This document shows positions 36,344 through 46,347 of a stretch of DNA of 64,000 bases, one piece after another (position 1 is the first letter of the stretch; every line of letters starts with the position of its first letter). This DNA comes from Parcubacteria group bacterium (GTDB lineage Bacteria > Patescibacteriota > Minisyncoccia > Moranbacterales > UBA11712). The notes beneath the pieces are model-generated. The model was not told where the DNA came from. It saw only the letters and a list, made by a program, of their open reading frames with translations, and made no database searches. Position numbers and translations under genes: made by a program. The DNA lies in contig JBAZXV010000003.1 in the NCBI GenBank assembly GCA_041659685.1, forward strand, positions 2,040 through 66,039. Direction: 5' to 3'.

Positions 36344-36368
36344 TTTCCTAACATTCAATGTTAGGATT
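36344..36368 (+). repeat. module D'-type palindrome (TTTTCCTAACATTCAATGTTAGGATTTT)
   Basis: Related to 33525-33552. Confidence 0.6.
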
Positions 36369-36373
36369 TTTTT

Positions 36374-36603
36374 ACAAAAATCGACGCTGAATCTTTGCTA
36401 AGGTTCAATCTTAGCAAAGTATTATTTTCCAAACTCAGCATTTTTATACGGCCGTGGGAAAATGCTAAGCTTAAAAGTATGGAGAAGAGATGCATCAAAG
36501 GAACGACTGAAGCAGAAGTTTTTTTGTTCCCCTCCCCCGACTTTGCCCGAAATATGAGGAGCGGTAGGATAAAAAATAGAAGCTTCTATGGAGGCTTCTA
36601 AGG
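36374..36603 (+). repeat. second copy of the 220-bp long-hairpin unit + long-form core + double palindrome
   Basis: About 85% identical to 4655-4870 / 4585-4650. Confidence 0.75.
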
Positions 36604-36636
36604 GTATATTGCTAAAAAGCTCGACGTTGAATAATA

Positions 36637-36700
36637 TCTGATTATTTCCCAACATCGGATGTCAGGAAACGCCAGGAGTTGTAGACGTCGGACGTCTACG
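36637..36700 (+). repeat. mosaic palindromic repeat, modules D-A (TTCCCAACATCGGATGTCAGGAA; GTAGACGTCGGACGTCTAC)
   Basis: About 95% identical to 52328-52392. Confidence 0.75.
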
Positions 36701-36795
36701 GACAAGGCAAATATTCAAACAGCGTCCGATTGGACGCTGTTTTTGTGTCTTCCCTTGAAAAGATTATGTATCCTGAAATTGAATATTGGAAAAAT

Positions 36796-38703
36796 TTATG
36801 GCCGGTAGACGCAGCGGAAACCGGTATTGGTGTTCTTGCTGGTAATAGGAGTTCCCAAGCTTAAGGCATAGATGCCAGCAATTGTACCGTACCACCATGT
36901 TCCACCGCGGTTAAAAGCAAGATTCGTCGAGTTTGTGTTTCCAACCGGATTAAATGTATAAACCATTCCCATATTTTGAGCTGAATTCCAACTGGGATTC
37001 CCAGGTCGCAAACTGGCATAGCTCATCGTCCCGTAATCATCAATAGTAGTATATTCTTTCCAGTCCTGACTATCATCCGGACCAGTGGTTGAATGGGGAT
37101 TGTCTTTTGGTTTGATCATATCAGAAACATTTTCAAAAAGGTTTCCGGAGAGGTCCCAAACCGTTTCACTATTGGAAAGCGTGAAAGTGCGCCTTTGCGC
37201 CGAGGGAGCGGAATCTCCGGTACCTTCATAGCCTTGCGAATCATCTGCGTTAGCAGCGCCAACGGACATACTGGGAACATTATCCGTATGCCCCAGATAA
37301 AGACCCCCTTCCCCCACAGTTCCCGAAGTCCAATTGTCACCGATATTTTCGATGTTCCTCGCCATAGTCATCCATTCGTTGTTGGTGATGAGATGGTACC
37401 CAGTTCCAAGTCCTGAACAAGAGGAAACGGAGGTGGTTTGGGAGATGTTAGCAATGGAATAACCCGATGCAAGTGATTTGACATAAGCAGAAGTACAGGC
37501 TTGAGCATTATTATCATATGTTTGCTTGTTTGTCGCCGGCGTCACATCCCCCGCTCCGTCGTTGTTAAAATCGCACTTAGCCTCATACTTCATGACGCAG
37601 AAGCCTCCGCCGGTTCCGTAGCGGACGTCTCCGGGAACGGGAACGTATCCATCGGGGCAACTCGTGGGCTGGACATGGGGGTCGGTCGGAACATCCAGGT
37701 ATTCATCAGTTTCACTAGCCTGGGTGTTGTAAATCTTGGCGGTTTTATCGGTTGAATTGTAATAAATTTTCCCTTCCTCGGCCGAGGGAGCAGCGGTTTG
37801 GGAATCAAGCTTCAGAGTTCCGATATTCAGTTTGGCATTGGTGAGGGTGAGGTTTCCCGAAGAATCGGTGGCGGGGATGACGCTCACTCCTCCGGTTGTT
37901 GAGGTATTGAGATCATCCAAAAGATCAGTGTTGAGGTTCGCAACTTTGGTTGCGGAAGCAACGGTGAACGGGGCGGTTCCGGTGATTTGGGCGGAGGAAA
38001 AGGTGAGAGAACTGATGTTTCCGGTGGCGGAGAGGTCCACCATGTTTGAAAGGCTTCCTCCGTTCCAATTCCAATTCCCGTTGAAGTTTCCGTCGGTGAT
38101 GGTGTTGGTTCCGAGATCAAGATTGGTGATATTTCCAGTGGTGAGGGTGATCCCGTCGGCCAATTTGTCGCTCGTTATGGTATGGCTTTGGATATCATCT
38201 CCCGTGATGGCGTTCGAAAGGTTTAGTTTGGAAGCGTCGATGTTGGCGGCAGGCGATATCTGGTCATTGGTAATATACCCTGAAAGATTCAGCTTGGAAG
38301 GGCTGATTGAAGCATTGTCGGCGATGGAAGCATCGGTAATCGTTCCGGATTTGATGTTGCTTTCCGTAATTGTTCCGCGGCTCAGACTTTCTTCTCTCAG
38401 AGAGCGATTTTGAATAGTCTTGGCGACGATAATCCCATCCGTTCCCATGGTTCCCGAAACATCGATTTGGTCATTGGAAAGAAACTGGTCAAGGGTGGCA
38501 GTTTTTCCTTTGGCGTTTTGAAGCTTGGCCCTTTCGGTATTAATGGTATAGGTTTTTGAGTTTTTGGAGGCGATAAGGGTGGTTCCGGAGATTTCAGTGA
38601 TAACGGCTTTGGTAAGTTTGGTTTTTTTGGCGGCCAGCGCCGGAGAAACCGCGGAAAGAAGGAATGCGATGGCCAGAACGGCGATGGTTTTTTTGTTTTT
38701 CAT
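36796..38703 (-). CDS. secreted protein with C-terminal formylglycine-generating-enzyme (FGE-sulfatase/SUMF1)-like domain and an N-terminal repetitive region
   Basis: Signal peptide MKNKKTIAVLAIAFLLSAVSPALA. C-terminal NEWMTMARN..GNLFENVSD..GGTWWYG..GFRCV matches the FGE-sulfatase fold. Confidence 0.72.
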   Translation of the reverse strand: MKNKKTIAVLAIAFLLSAVSPALAAKKTKLTKAVITEISGTTLIASKNSKTYTINTERAKLQNAKGKTATLDQFLSNDQIDVSGTMGTDGIIVAKTIQNRSLREESLSRGTITESNIKSGTITDASIADNASISPSKLNLSGYITNDQISPAANIDASKLNLSNAITGDDIQSHTITSDKLADGITLTTGNITNLDLGTNTITDGNFNGNWNWNGGSLSNMVDLSATGNISSLTFSSAQITGTAPFTVASATKVANLNTDLLDDLNTSTTGGVSVIPATDSSGNLTLTNAKLNIGTLKLDSQTAAPSAEEGKIYYNSTDKTAKIYNTQASETDEYLDVPTDPHVQPTSCPDGYVPVPGDVRYGTGGGFCVMKYEAKCDFNNDGAGDVTPATNKQTYDNNAQACTSAYVKSLASGYSIANISQTTSVSSCSGLGTGYHLITNNEWMTMARNIENIGDNWTSGTVGEGGLYLGHTDNVPSMSVGAANADDSQGYEGTGDSAPSAQRRTFTLSNSETVWDLSGNLFENVSDMIKPKDNPHSTTGPDDSQDWKEYTTIDDYGTMSYASLRPGNPSWNSAQNMGMVYTFNPVGNTNSTNLAFNRGGTWWYGTIAGIYALSLGTPITSKNTNTGFRCVYRP

Positions 38704-38807
38704 TTTGGTTTTCTTTAGCTGGTTAAATGCCAGCGGAAAACACAAAAGGCCTCCCGCTCGCCGACAACCCCTTTCGGAGTTGTCCACTACCCTTTCGAGT
38801 AGCGACA

Positions 38808-38858
38808 TTACTACATGATAGCGAAACGGAAAGCCGTTTCTATGTAGTAATGTTTTTA
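38808..38858. promoter_or_regulatory. inverted repeat CATTACTACATG-N25-CATGTAGTAATG upstream of the FGE-domain gene
   Basis: Perfect 12-bp arms, seen directly. Function unknown. Confidence 0.4.
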
Positions 38859-39149
38859 GGTGCCATGCTCCGACGCAACGTCGGAGTTTAGGCGTAAATT
38901 GTTGGCTTTATTATACTATTTCAAAAAAAACGCGCAAGTAGCAAACATTCTCCCCGCACTCTTCGGGATGTTCGAGTGGATATTTTTGCACGGGGCGAAA
39001 ATACTTTGCCAGCCAAATAACTCTTTTTTTCGAATCTGGAATATCCATTTCTAAAGTTGAACTCTGAAGTGACCATGGCGGACGAATGAAAGAAAACGCT
39101 CATTTTGCAGGTATAAATAAAAAGATTGTCAATATTTTTTACACGCCTG

Positions 39150-39178
39150 TTGACAAATTATTTTACAAATATTACACT
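39150..39178 (+). promoter_or_regulatory. sigma70-type promoter TTGACA-N17-TACACT for the Panacea TA operon
   Basis: Consensus -35, 17-bp spacer. Confidence 0.55.
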
Positions 39179-39197
39179 TATGAACAACATCAACCAT

Positions 39198-39974
39198 ATG
39201 CTTGGAAAATTTATCTTAAAAAAGCGCAAAAAACTTGGCCTGACGCAGGATTTTTTGGCGTCAAAACTTGGCATTTCCCGCCCAACCTACATGCAGATAG
39301 AACAAGGAGAAAGGGATTTGACTCTTTCTGAAGCAAAAAAACTTGCGGATATATTTGGCATAGATTTCTGTCATTTTTCACAGGGTGAGGATTATGCCGT
39401 CACCGTAGAGATAGAAAAAGAAAAAAAACAAACAAAGGAAAAGGTTCCGGCGATGAGAATAAATGTCCCGCAAAAAAACCTAAAGAAATTCAAGGAAGTT
39501 TTTCTGTATGTTTTGTCAAAAATTGGAAGCAAGCCGAATGTGGGAGAAAGCGTGATAAATAAACTTTTCTATTTTATTGATTTTGACTACTACGAAAAAT
39601 ATGAGGAACAATTAATCGGTGCGACCTATATAAAAAACCATTACGGACCCACTCCCTGCGAACTGATAAAAATAGTTGAGGAAATGAAAACGAGAGGAGA
39701 GGTGGAAGAAGTGAGGAGCAGGCATTTTGAGTTCCATCAAAAGAAATTTTTTCCTTTGCGCAAGCCTGATTTGAGCATACTCACCGCAAGAGAAATAGAG
39801 CACATAGACGACGTTTTAAACAGGCTTTCTGACAAAAACGCGCGGGAAATTCGCGATTATTCCCACGAGGACGTTCCTTACAAGGTCCATAAAGACGGAG
39901 AAAAAATTGACTACGAAAGCGTTTTTTATCGCGATGAAAAATATTCAGTAAGAAGTTATGACGATGAACTATAG
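39198..39974 (+). CDS. HTH-XRE + Panacea (DUF4065) fusion protein, putative PanA-type antitoxin
   Basis: HTH block LGLTQDFLASKLGISRPTYMQIEQGERDLTLSEAKKLADIFG. C-terminal Panacea block INKLFYFIDFDYYEKYEEQLIGATYIKNHYGPTP. Confidence 0.78.
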   Translation: MLGKFILKKRKKLGLTQDFLASKLGISRPTYMQIEQGERDLTLSEAKKLADIFGIDFCHFSQGEDYAVTVEIEKEKKQTKEKVPAMRINVPQKNLKKFKEVFLYVLSKIGSKPNVGESVINKLFYFIDFDYYEKYEEQLIGATYIKNHYGPTPCELIKIVEEMKTRGEVEEVRSRHFEFHQKKFFPLRKPDLSILTAREIEHIDDVLNRLSDKNAREIRDYSHEDVPYKVHKDGEKIDYESVFYRDEKYSVRSYDDEL

Positions 39975-40305
39975 CGAGCTGCCTGAATTTTCCAGGGAAT
40001 TTAAAAAATACTCCGCCAAAAAATACAGGACACTGCAAAAAGATTTAGATAATTTCAAAAAAATAACCGATTCGATCCCGACGGGAACGGGGAAACATTT
40101 TAACGTCCTGTTTTCAAACAGCGAAATAAAAATCATCAAGGCGCGGCTGTTTTGCAGGACTCTGAAAGGATCGTCTATGAGAATAATCTACTGCTTTTTT
40201 CAAAATGCGAATAAAATTGAATTTATTGAAATATATTTCAAGGGCGACAAAGAAAACGAAAATCGGGAAAGAATAAGGGATTATATCAAGAATTTTGAAA
40301 TTTAA
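39958..40305 (+). CDS. RelE/ParE-superfamily (HigB/Gp49-like) toxin candidate
   Basis: Overlaps the antitoxin gene by 17 nt. The RIIYCFFQNANKIEFIEIYFKGD pattern resembles RelE/Gp49 (RiiY.f.....i.ll.if.K). Confidence 0.6.
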   Translation: MTMNYSELPEFSREFKKYSAKKYRTLQKDLDNFKKITDSIPTGTGKHFNVLFSNSEIKIIKARLFCRTLKGSSMRIIYCFFQNANKIEFIEIYFKGDKENENRERIRDYIKNFEI

Positions 40306-40318
40306 TATCGCTGAAATA

Positions 40319-40347
40319 TTCCGACATCCGATGTTGGGGCATTTTTA
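40319..40347 (+). repeat. module D-type palindrome (TTCCGACATCCGATGTTGGGG)
   Basis: Variant of TTCCCAACATCGGATGTCGGGAA. Confidence 0.55.
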
Positions 40348-40414
40348 ATTTGAAGGATATATTATCAATTCAAATCTTTTTCCGTTATAATGGAAAAGTA
40401 ATCTTGAAGCACTG

Positions 40415-41311
40415 ATGAAACTTGACCGCGAAAAAAAAGGCGACGCGTATATTCTTCTCGGGGCGGTGATCTGGGGATTTTTTCCCATAATCACCACTCT
40501 TACTTTTGCGACCTTGTCTCCCCTCACTTCGCTTGGCTGGAGCACTCTTTTCGCCGCCGTGTTTTTCGCCGTTCTTTTGACAGCGCGAAAAAAATGGCCG
40601 GAAATCAGAAAAAAGGAAGCTTTGAAAGACATTCTCATGACGACTCTTCTCCTCAGCGTCGTCTATTATTTCTTCTATTATTTCGGCCTCAAATTCACGA
40701 GTCCCGGAAACGTGAGTCTCATCGCTCTCACTGAAATATTTTTCAGCTTCATCTTTTTCCAGCTGTGGCGAAAAGTTGATTTTCCGCCGGCGCATATCTT
40801 CGGGGCCCTTCTCATGCTTTCGGGAGCCGGCATCGTGCTTTATCCGAATTTTTCCTCTTTTCACTCAGGGGATTTTCTCATTTTAGCCGCCTGCTTCATC
40901 GCCCCGTTTGGAAATTTTTTCCAGCAAAGAGCGCGAAAAAACGCCGGCAGCGAAGCGATTCTGTTCGTCCGCAGCCTTTTCGGCGCGATTTTAATTTTTG
41001 CTTTGGCCGCGGCGCTGGGAGAAAACGTTTTTGCGCTCGACCTTTCGAAATCCTTTTTGTTTCTTCTCGTGAACGGGTTTATCATGTTCGGATTTTCCAA
41101 AATTATCTGGATTGAAGGCATCCATCGGATCAGCGTGACAAAAGCCAACGCCCTTTCCGCCATCACTCCCCTTCTCACGCTTTTGTTTGTCTGGATGATT
41201 TTTCACAATGCCCCGACCGCTTTCCAGCTTCTCGCATTTGTGCCGATGTTTTTCGGCGTTTTTCTTCTCGGCAAAGGAAAAAAAGCGGAAAAACTGGAGC
41301 TCGAAGTATAG
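40415..41311 (+). CDS. DMT-family (EamA-like) transporter
   Basis: 10-TM hydrophobic profile with two EamA-like halves. Confidence 0.82.
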   Translation: MKLDREKKGDAYILLGAVIWGFFPIITTLTFATLSPLTSLGWSTLFAAVFFAVLLTARKKWPEIRKKEALKDILMTTLLLSVVYYFFYYFGLKFTSPGNVSLIALTEIFFSFIFFQLWRKVDFPPAHIFGALLMLSGAGIVLYPNFSSFHSGDFLILAACFIAPFGNFFQQRARKNAGSEAILFVRSLFGAILIFALAAALGENVFALDLSKSFLFLLVNGFIMFGFSKIIWIEGIHRISVTKANALSAITPLLTLLFVWMIFHNAPTAFQLLAFVPMFFGVFLLGKGKKAEKLELEV

Positions 41312-41439
41312 CTTTTCACGCCGGGCTATTTTAAATAAGATGAAGGAAGGGAGTGAAATTTATTGGATATATGCTATAATCAGACCATAACTTCTTTTAG
41401 TCAGATCTTCAGTCTTTTTAACAATTAAACGAAAAAAAC

Positions 41440-42234
41440 ATGAACAAAAAAACAACCTGGCTGATAGTCGCGCTGGTGATCCTGGCCCTGGCCGCCTTTT
41501 TGGATTTTGGTATTTTTTCCAAAAACAAACTGCCGGCGGAACTCATTGTCTCCGGGCATCCGGAGTGGCCGCCGATTATGTACCAGCAGAACGATCAGAT
41601 TGTCGGCGCCGGGCCGGAAATCGTCGCGAAAATTTTTCAAGAATTGGGCATCAAAGTTGTTCCGAAATTTGAAGGTTCTTGGGAAACAGTCCAAAGCAAG
41701 GCCAAAGACGGTTCCGTCGACGTTTTAGCGGCCGCCTACAAAACGGCGGAGCGGGAAACCTACATGGACTATTCGATCCCCTATACGGTTGACCCGGTGG
41801 TTTTGGTGACTAAAAAAGGCAAGGCTTTCCCCTATGACAAATGGGACGACCTCGTCGGGAAAAATGGAGTGGTGACGACCGGCGACAGTTACGGGCAGGA
41901 TTTTGACAATTTCTTGAAAGAAAAACTGACGGCTCAAAAAGTCGGCGCCCCCGCGGAAGCTTTTGCGCTTCTCGACCAGGGGAAAGCGGACTATTTCGTC
42001 TACGCGCTTTATTCGGCCGAAAATTATTTTTTTCAGCAAAAAGCGGCTGACCGGTTTGAGATTATTCCAAAATATGTCAGCTCGGAAAATTTCTATCTCA
42101 CTGTTTCCAAAAAATCTCCTTTCGCTTCTCTCCTGCCGCAAGTTAACGCTCTTTTGGAAAAATATAAAGCGGACGGAACGATTGACCGGATAATCGAAAG
42201 CAAGAAGCAATCTTTGTGGAGCGAGAATAAATAG
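41440..42234 (+). CDS. ABC transporter substrate-binding protein, family 3 (polar amino-acid type)
   Basis: N-terminal TM/signal sequence. The SBP_bac_3-like pattern (..YDIV.A..TP.R...DFS.PY...) is present. Confidence 0.75.
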   Translation: MNKKTTWLIVALVILALAAFLDFGIFSKNKLPAELIVSGHPEWPPIMYQQNDQIVGAGPEIVAKIFQELGIKVVPKFEGSWETVQSKAKDGSVDVLAAAYKTAERETYMDYSIPYTVDPVVLVTKKGKAFPYDKWDDLVGKNGVVTTGDSYGQDFDNFLKEKLTAQKVGAPAEAFALLDQGKADYFVYALYSAENYFFQQKAADRFEIIPKYVSSENFYLTVSKKSPFASLLPQVNALLEKYKADGTIDRIIESKKQSLWSENK

Positions 42235-42655
42235 GGCCGCCGAATTTGAAGCTCCCAATCCCGCCTCCCTCACCGGCCCGCTTCGACGCGAGACGAGCAG
42301 GCGCACGAATTTTCTGCGAAGCGGAATAAACATACAAAATAATATTATGAAACTTTTTCGTTTTGTTTTTTCTCTGGTCCTGCTAGGTTGGGGAGTTTTG
42401 GCGTTTCTTGCGGGAACTGATATTTATCATGCAACGGATCCGAATCTCTCGGTGGAATGGCTTGTCTTCAGTTCGTATTTCTATTTGAGCCTTCTTTATT
42501 ATCCTCATAAACATGGCGGATTTTTTCATTCGGAAAGACGAAAAATAATCAATGAAAGCATCTTTTTTCCCTTTTGGCCGGTTTGTTGCCAATATTCCCG
42601 ATTCTCTGTAAAATGAAGTCTGTTGGAGATTTTCTAAAAATTAATTGATAAACCA

Positions 42656-43702
42656 ATGTTTATGCGTCAGACGGAACGCCGGATGGGAAAGGAAAATTTT
42701 TACCAGAAAAAGCGGTTTAAGATTTTGCTGGCGGCAATCATATTAGTTGTCGCCGTTGCGGGATTTTTTGCCATAAAGACCGGACATATATTAAACAAAA
42801 TTTCCGGTTCAAAAAACTCCTCTTTGGGGAGCTTGTTCGGAAACTCAGCGTCTCCGCAATCGGATGACGGACGGATTAATGTTCTGCTGCTCGGCATGAG
42901 AGGCACGAATATGCCTGGCGGAGGTCTCCTCGCGGATTCAATCATGGTCGCCTCGTTTGATACCAAAAACAACAAAGTCGGGCTGATTTCAGTTCCGCGC
43001 GACCTTTATGTCCAAATTCCCGGCACATCAGAACGCGGAAAAATCAATTCAGTTTATGCCCATTGGGAAGGCGGTGGTAAAGGCCAGGGCATCCAGAAAA
43101 TGGAAGAAATGATGGGGATCGTCACCGGTCTCAAGATCAATCATGCCATCGTAATCAATTTTGATGGATTCAAGAAAATGATTGACGCCGTCGGAGGAAT
43201 TGATGTCCGGATGCCCAAGGGTTTTGCAGAAACTCAGCAATTCGTGGAGGGAAACGAATGCGGAGGGTCGTTTACATTGCCGATCGGCACCAATCATCTT
43301 AACGGAGAAAAGGCCCTTTGCTACGCTCGCGCGCGGGTGCAGACCAACGATTTTGACCGCGCCAAGCGCCAGCAAGTAGTCCTGAAAGCTTTGAAAGATA
43401 AACTGATCTCTCTCGGAACACTCGCCGATTTTTCTAAAGTCAACAACCTCTTGAATATTGCCGGAGACAACGTGAAAACCGATCTCACGCCCGAGGAGAT
43501 GAAAGGTTTTTATGACCAATATGCAAGCATGAAAGACGCCGATATCAACCAGCGCGTCTTTGAAAATTCCGAGAAAGGTTTGCTCATGGTTCCGGAAGCC
43601 GGCACTGGCCTCGGCTATGTTCTCGTTCCGCGCACCGGACAAGACAACTATTCCGCCGTGCAAGATGCCTGTAAAAATATCTTCACCCCAGCGGCGGAGT
43701 AA
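42656..43702 (+). CDS. LCP family protein (LytR-CpsA-Psr)
   Basis: N-terminal TM helix. Conserved LCP core (RINVLLLGMRG..D.L.DSIMVASFD..ISVPRD). Confidence 0.85.
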   Translation: MFMRQTERRMGKENFYQKKRFKILLAAIILVVAVAGFFAIKTGHILNKISGSKNSSLGSLFGNSASPQSDDGRINVLLLGMRGTNMPGGGLLADSIMVASFDTKNNKVGLISVPRDLYVQIPGTSERGKINSVYAHWEGGGKGQGIQKMEEMMGIVTGLKINHAIVINFDGFKKMIDAVGGIDVRMPKGFAETQQFVEGNECGGSFTLPIGTNHLNGEKALCYARARVQTNDFDRAKRQQVVLKALKDKLISLGTLADFSKVNNLLNIAGDNVKTDLTPEEMKGFYDQYASMKDADINQRVFENSEKGLLMVPEAGTGLGYVLVPRTGQDNYSAVQDACKNIFTPAAE

Positions 43703-43734
43703 ATTGCTTTCATTTGCGTAGTTTTTGTAACATC

Positions 43735-43768
43735 TGAACGTCCCGACACTTCATGCTGGGACGTTTTT
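43735..43768 (+). terminator. rho-independent terminator (ACGTCCC..GGGACGT + T5)
   Basis: Hairpin followed by a T-run. Confidence 0.65.
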
Positions 43769-43770
43769 AT

Positions 43771-44160
43771 TTGACAAAAGTGATTGAGATGCTTTAATGA
43801 TATTATCATTCTCCTTAACATACGGGAGAAAAAGGAGGCAGCCATGATTACGGTCATGAATACCAAACCGGATCAGCGCGCAAGGTCGGCGCCCTAGCTT
43901 CCCTGAATGGCCGTCCGTAAACGGGCGATATTGGGGGCAGCGGCTCAGGATGGGTCTCATCGGCTAATCCTTTACCTGGCCATCATTCACCGGCCATGGT
44001 TCAGTCGCTGACATCTCCGGGCTATCATAAGGTACCACAAAAACCCGGAGGGCGTAGCTATGACTGGTAAAAACCAATTTTCCAACTTGACCTACAACAA
44101 TGCCGGGCTGGCGCTTTTAAATAGGCTGGCCCGGATCCCCTTTTTCTTTTTTTGAGAAAA
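43771..44160 (+). ncRNA. candidate structured non-coding or leader transcript containing a 17-codon ORF (MITVMNTKPDQRARSAP) with a strong SD
   Basis: About 540-bp gap with no ORFs. It has a TTGACA -35-like start and GC-rich paired segments (GCCGTCCGTAAACGGGC; CACCGGCCATGG). It ends in a hairpin + T-run at about 44100-44158. Not matched to any known RNA family by eye. Confidence 0.3.
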
Positions 44161-44241
44161 CAAAAATAACCCCGCCAAGGGGTCATTTTTTATATCCAAA
44201 GATATCCTTCCGGCAGACAGTGCAACCGGCTTGCCGAATGC

Positions 44242-44595
44242 TTAATTAATCTTCTTGAAAGTTATCTTATATGAAGGCTCGTATTCCGCGTTATTCTTGT
44301 CTTTGAGGTTGATGCTCTCCCCTTTCATGAGCGACGTCATCGCAATGTCAGTGAGCATTTGTCCCAGGCTTTCGATTTCCGACTTGGATTTTTCCAGCTC
44401 CTCATAGCGCGACCCCATCTCGGCCTGAATGGCGGATTCCTGCGCCTTTTTCTTTTCGCGGAGCTTTTTCAGCTCTTCTTTTGTGTCTTCGTAGCCTTCC
44501 GATTGCGAAAGGGCATCCCGATATTCCCGGCCGATTTCTTTGCAAGTTTTCTTATGTTCCTGGATTTTGTCGAATACTTCCTGCATTTTTTGCAT
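44242..44595 (-). CDS. hypothetical coiled-coil protein
   Basis: 117 aa, Glu/Lys-rich. A terminator hairpin (ACCCCGCCAAGGGGT) lies downstream at 44166-44195. Confidence 0.5.
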   Translation of the reverse strand: MQKMQEVFDKIQEHKKTCKEIGREYRDALSQSEGYEDTKEELKKLREKKKAQESAIQAEMGSRYEELEKSKSEIESLGQMLTDIAMTSLMKGESINLKDKNNAEYEPSYKITFKKIN

Positions 44596-44720
44596 ATTTT
44601 TTGTTCTTGAAAAAGAAAATTAATAACGTTTGTTATCTTAACACAAAGCCGGCGGATTGGAAACCTGCCCAATAATTATTTTGGTTGGACGCAAAGGCGG
44701 ATTGTGCTACCATTCCTGCA

Positions 44721-45994
44721 TGAAAAACAATCAGGAAAAATTTGATATCGCGGTCATCGGAGGCGGACCGGCCGGCATGATGGCGGCAGGGCGGGCGGCC
44801 CAAATGGGCGCCAGAGTCGCGCTTTTGGAAAAAAACACCACTCTCGGCCGCAAGCTCCTCATTACCGGAAAAGGCCGCTGTAATCTGACGCAGGCGGAAT
44901 TTGACGACAAGGTGATTATCGAAAAATTCGGGAAAAACGGAAAATTTTTATTTTCCTCGCTGGCGGCTTTCGGGCCGGAGGAAGTCATTAAATTTTTCGA
45001 AGACAGAAAATTACCCGTTAAAACCGAAAGGGGCGGACGGGTTTTTCCCGTTTCGGATAAATCACTGGATGCCTTGCGGGTGATGAAAAAATATCTGGAA
45101 AATCACAAGGTGAAGATAATGTCCGGCAGCAGAATCTACGGATTTTTCAGCGACGGGAAAAAAATTACGGGCATAAAACTAAAACCCGGAAGAAATATGC
45201 CCGGCGACAATCAGATCTCGGCTGATAAATTCATTCTCTGCACGGGCGGAAAATCCTATCCAATCACCGGTTCAACCGGCGACGGATATCAATGGGCCAA
45301 GGAATTGGGACATACGATAACTCCGCCCGCTCCGGCCCTGGTGCCGATCAAAGCCAAAGAGGCTTGGATCCGGGACGTGCAAGGCTTGAGTTTGAAAAAC
45401 GTGGAAATAAAACTGCTGCAGGACAACAAGAAACGGGATTCGAGATTCGGAGAAATGCTTTTTACGCATTTCGGCCTCAGCGGACCGATCGTGCTGGATC
45501 TCAGCAAGCGCGCCGGAGAATTGATGCGGCAGGGCGAAGTCACAATTTCCATTGACCTGAAACCCGCCCTTAGCTCAGACCGTCTTGATGCCCGGCTGCA
45601 AAGGGATTTCAAAGATAACGGAAAGAAAGACTTTATCAACTACCTTCCGGAGCTCCTGCCGCAAAAAATGATCCTTCTGATGATAAAACTCTCCGGCATC
45701 GATCCGCGAAAAAAAATAAATTCCATCACCCGGGATGAACGGAAAAAACTAGCGGGCCTCCTCAAGGATTTGCGCCTGACGGCTGACGGAACAACCGGAT
45801 ATGATCAGGCCATCGTCACGAGCGGAGGAGTGAGCACGAAAGAAGTGCATTCCAAAACCATGCAATCCCGAATCGTCAGCAACCTGTTTCTTGCCGGCGA
45901 GATTTTGGATTTGGACGGGCCATCCGGCGGATACAACCTTCAAATGTGCTGGAGCACCGGATATGCCGCCGGAACATACGCGGCGCAATTATGA
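44721..45994 (+). CDS. NAD(P)/FAD-dependent oxidoreductase, HI0933/BaiN-like flavoprotein
   Basis: DIAVIGGGPAGMMAAGRAA FAD-binding motif. Length and pattern match TIGR00275-type flavoproteins. Confidence 0.85.
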
Positions 45995-46347
45995 CTTCGC
46001 AGTCAAGCCAACTTATAATGGTTTCGGGATTCCGGACACAGCTTCTCGGCTTTTTTCTGGTTCGCGGGATGGCTTTTTACCGTCGGATTTCTGCATCTCG
46101 CTTTCTGGAAAGGCGTGCTGGCTATCGTCCTCTGGCCGTATTTTATCGGCCTCGCCATAAGCGCAATGGCCGGACGCTAGAATCCCGGAAAAATATTTTT
46201 TCTGATTTTTTATTGAGACAAAGAAGATCATGTGTTTTCGGCATGATTTTTTCATTCACGGTTCGACGCCAAAAAAGCGCCTGACCCCTTTTCAAATCCG
46301 TTAAAGTGATGTATGATTAAAACTCAGTGCTTAACAAGGGAAAACCA

